Shown: in pieces, positions 62,401 through 64,000 of the stretch | How the letters are laid out: every line of letters starts with the position of its first letter | Numbering within the stretch: the stretch's first letter is position 1 | Assembly: GCF_963921235.1 (NCBI RefSeq) | Contig: NC_086119.1 | Span: 16,182,001 to 16,246,000 of the forward strand | From: Mobula hypostoma | Lineage: Eukaryota | Direction: 5' to 3' | DNA: 64,000 bases | Position numbers and translations under genes: made by a program | The notes under the pieces: model-generated | The model's input: only the letters and a program-made list of their open reading frames with translations | Told to the model about the DNA's origin: nothing | Databases searched by the model: none

Positions 62401-62663
62401 AACACCTCATAGGCCTGATTTTATTCTCACAAGTCAATTAATAAATTGTAAAAAAAAAATCACTCCCTCTGTACATAGTTTTCTTCTTTCGATTGTTCTT
62501 TCTTTCCTCTCCTTTCTATAAGTGTATACCTCAGATAAATATTATGTGGAGATTTGTGACATATACATATGTACAGTATCTAAAATACATCTTATGGAAA
62601 TGTTTGTCTGATGATGATATTCAATAAAAAATAAACAACAAAAAAAAAGATTGGCGACCACTA
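59418..62663 (-). mobile_element. hAT (Charlie/GTF2IRD2-like) transposon remnant with nested insertions
   Basis: TIR tagtggtcgccaa 59418-59430 / ttggcgaccacta 62651-62663; 8-bp TSD ATGTA(C/T)TC at 59410-59417 and 62664-62671; minus-strand GTVLQRFVDLLPEIK and FSNPF..ELEIIDLQND fragments. Confidence 0.88.
61385..62649 (+). mobile_element. L1-clade LINE 3' fragment with poly(A), nested in the hAT element
   Basis: NPWVRWTLKIW..FYRYLQMR; CWRNC..HIFWECP zinc knuckle; aataaa plus A-tail. Confidence 0.85.
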
Positions 62664-63265
62664 ATGTATTCCTTCTCCTCTCCCCCACCCACCTTCTTAT
62701 TCTGGCTTCTTCCCTCTTCCTTCCTCGCCCTGATGAAGAGCTTCGGCCTGAAACATCGAATATTTATTCCTTTCCATATATGCTGCCCACCCTGCAGAGT
62801 TCCTCCAGCATTTTGTGTGAGGGCTCTCAAATGTGTCTCTACATTGATAGCTTCCCGTTCCCATTCTCTCTCTCTCTCTCTGTCTCCTTTCTTAAACATT
62901 CATTCTAATCCATAGGAACATTTCCAGAACCTCTGAAGCCATGTAAGATGATAAGCTCTTTCATAACCCTGGGAAGTATGATCATCAGGTCCTTGGAATT
63001 CATTAGGCTTTAAGCTTCAACTAAAATGGCTGAAAATGATTTGCCAATTGCTAGTATTAACCTTAACCACTGCATTGATACACTTCAAGCTAAGAGAAAC
63101 AAAGTCCTTTTCCAGCTTTAAACCAACCCTTATTCTACTGGTTGTATAGTACAATAATTAAACTGGACTCCTTCTCTACCAGTACAGCCCTACAGGCACT
63201 GGATTTTCTGCTAATTTGCTAAAAATTTTCATCCAGGTTCTATACGAATAAAATAGGCAGCTTAC

Positions 63266-63604
63266 CAATAATCTGCACACTGATGGTGTGTGTACCAAAG
63301 AGAGGAGGGACATAAACCAAACAGGTGTAGGATCCTTCTTTGCTGATATTAATATTTCTTAAGAGGAGGGATGCATTCCCATTCTTGATCTGGTCCAAGG
63401 ATACTTCAACTCCCTTCTCAATGTCTTCAATCTGCTGAGACCGTCCATTGTAGGAGAACAGTTTCTTCTTTACCCCCTTGTATTGGTATCTCCAGTCAAT
63501 GTTAGCAGCAGCATTGTGATCAACCTTGAAGCCACAGTCCAGAACCAGGTCTTGATTCAGTTTGGTTTTAATCAGTGGCGTACTTGTGTAAATGATATAG
63601 TTCA
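63266..63604 (-). CDS. TAPBPL: Tapasin-family (tapasin-related-like) IgV-domain exon
   Basis: ttag| and |gtaag, 339 nt, phase 1-1; LDCGF..IDWRYQYKG..GNASLLL..EGSYTC aligns with TAPBPR LDCGF..VEWRLQHKG..EGTYIC and tapasin EWRRQH; symbol is family-level only, orthology untested. Confidence 0.88.
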
Positions 63605-63699
63605 CTAACAGATAAAAACAGAAATAACCAAATTATTAGATGGTCTCAGTAGACCATTGAGATTTCACTTACCTCAAAAGATAAAGGTACCGATTATTG

Positions 63700-64000
63700 T
63701 GAGCAGTTTTGGGCCCCCTGTCTAAGGAAGAATGCACTGGCATTGGGGAAGGTCCAGAGGAGATTCACAAGAATGAGGGTTTGATGGCTCTGGGCCTGTA
63801 CTCACAGCTTAGAAGAACGAAGGGGTTCTTAGTGAAAGATTGAAAGGCCTAAATAGAGTGGATGTGGAGTGTGGGGGGGGGGGTGTCGAGGACCATAGGG
63901 CACAGCCTCAGAATACAAGGATGTCCCTTTAGAACAGAGATGAGGAGGAATTTCTTTAGCCAGAGGGTGGTGAATCCGTGAAATTCATTGCCACAGATGG
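63700..64000 (+). mobile_element. CR1 LINE 3' fragment (runs off the window)
   Basis: gtccagaggagattcacaag..RTEMRRNFFSQRVVNPWNSLP. Confidence 0.75.

Noticed and set aside
540-62820. Recurrent ctgctgagttcctccagc units as a CRISPR-like array
   Set aside because: Dispersed, irregularly spaced PLE termini in eukaryotic DNA; no repeat-spacer periodicity and no cas genes.

Overview
Vertebrate genomic DNA, very probably a cartilaginous fish (inferred from V-SINE/HE1-like and DeuSINE/SacSINE-like repeats, abundant CR1 and Penelope elements, and a tapasin-family gene). Two intron-rich genes face each other tail-to-tail. (1) On the + strand is the 3' half of RAP1GAP2: eight in-frame coding exons at 1942-28171 with GT-AG sites and consistent phases, plus a probable last exon/3'UTR at about 32.5-36.3 kb. 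(2) On the - strand is the 3' part of a tapasin-family gene: IgV 63266-63604, IgC1 56076-56402, TM 55024-55116, a 17-nt exon 49871-49887 and a terminal KKPY* exon 46718-46732. Its 5' exons lie beyond the window. Most of the rest is transposon-derived: CR1, Rex1/Babar and L1 LINE fragments, a 2.45-kb Penelope-like element (PLE), Tc1 and hAT DNA transposons, SINEs and LTR-like repeats. Most interesting observations: many short, TSD-flanked, palindromic PLE-derived insertions carrying minimal hammerhead ribozyme cores; a tapasin paralogue combining a KKxx ER-retrieval tail with a TM lacking the TAP-binding lysine, where a micro-exon could switch the tail; and an old ~310-bp inverted repeat with an unusual mismatch spectrum in a RAP1GAP2 intron. 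Exon, TSD and TIR coordinates were counted by hand; the ends of degraded repeats are approximate.
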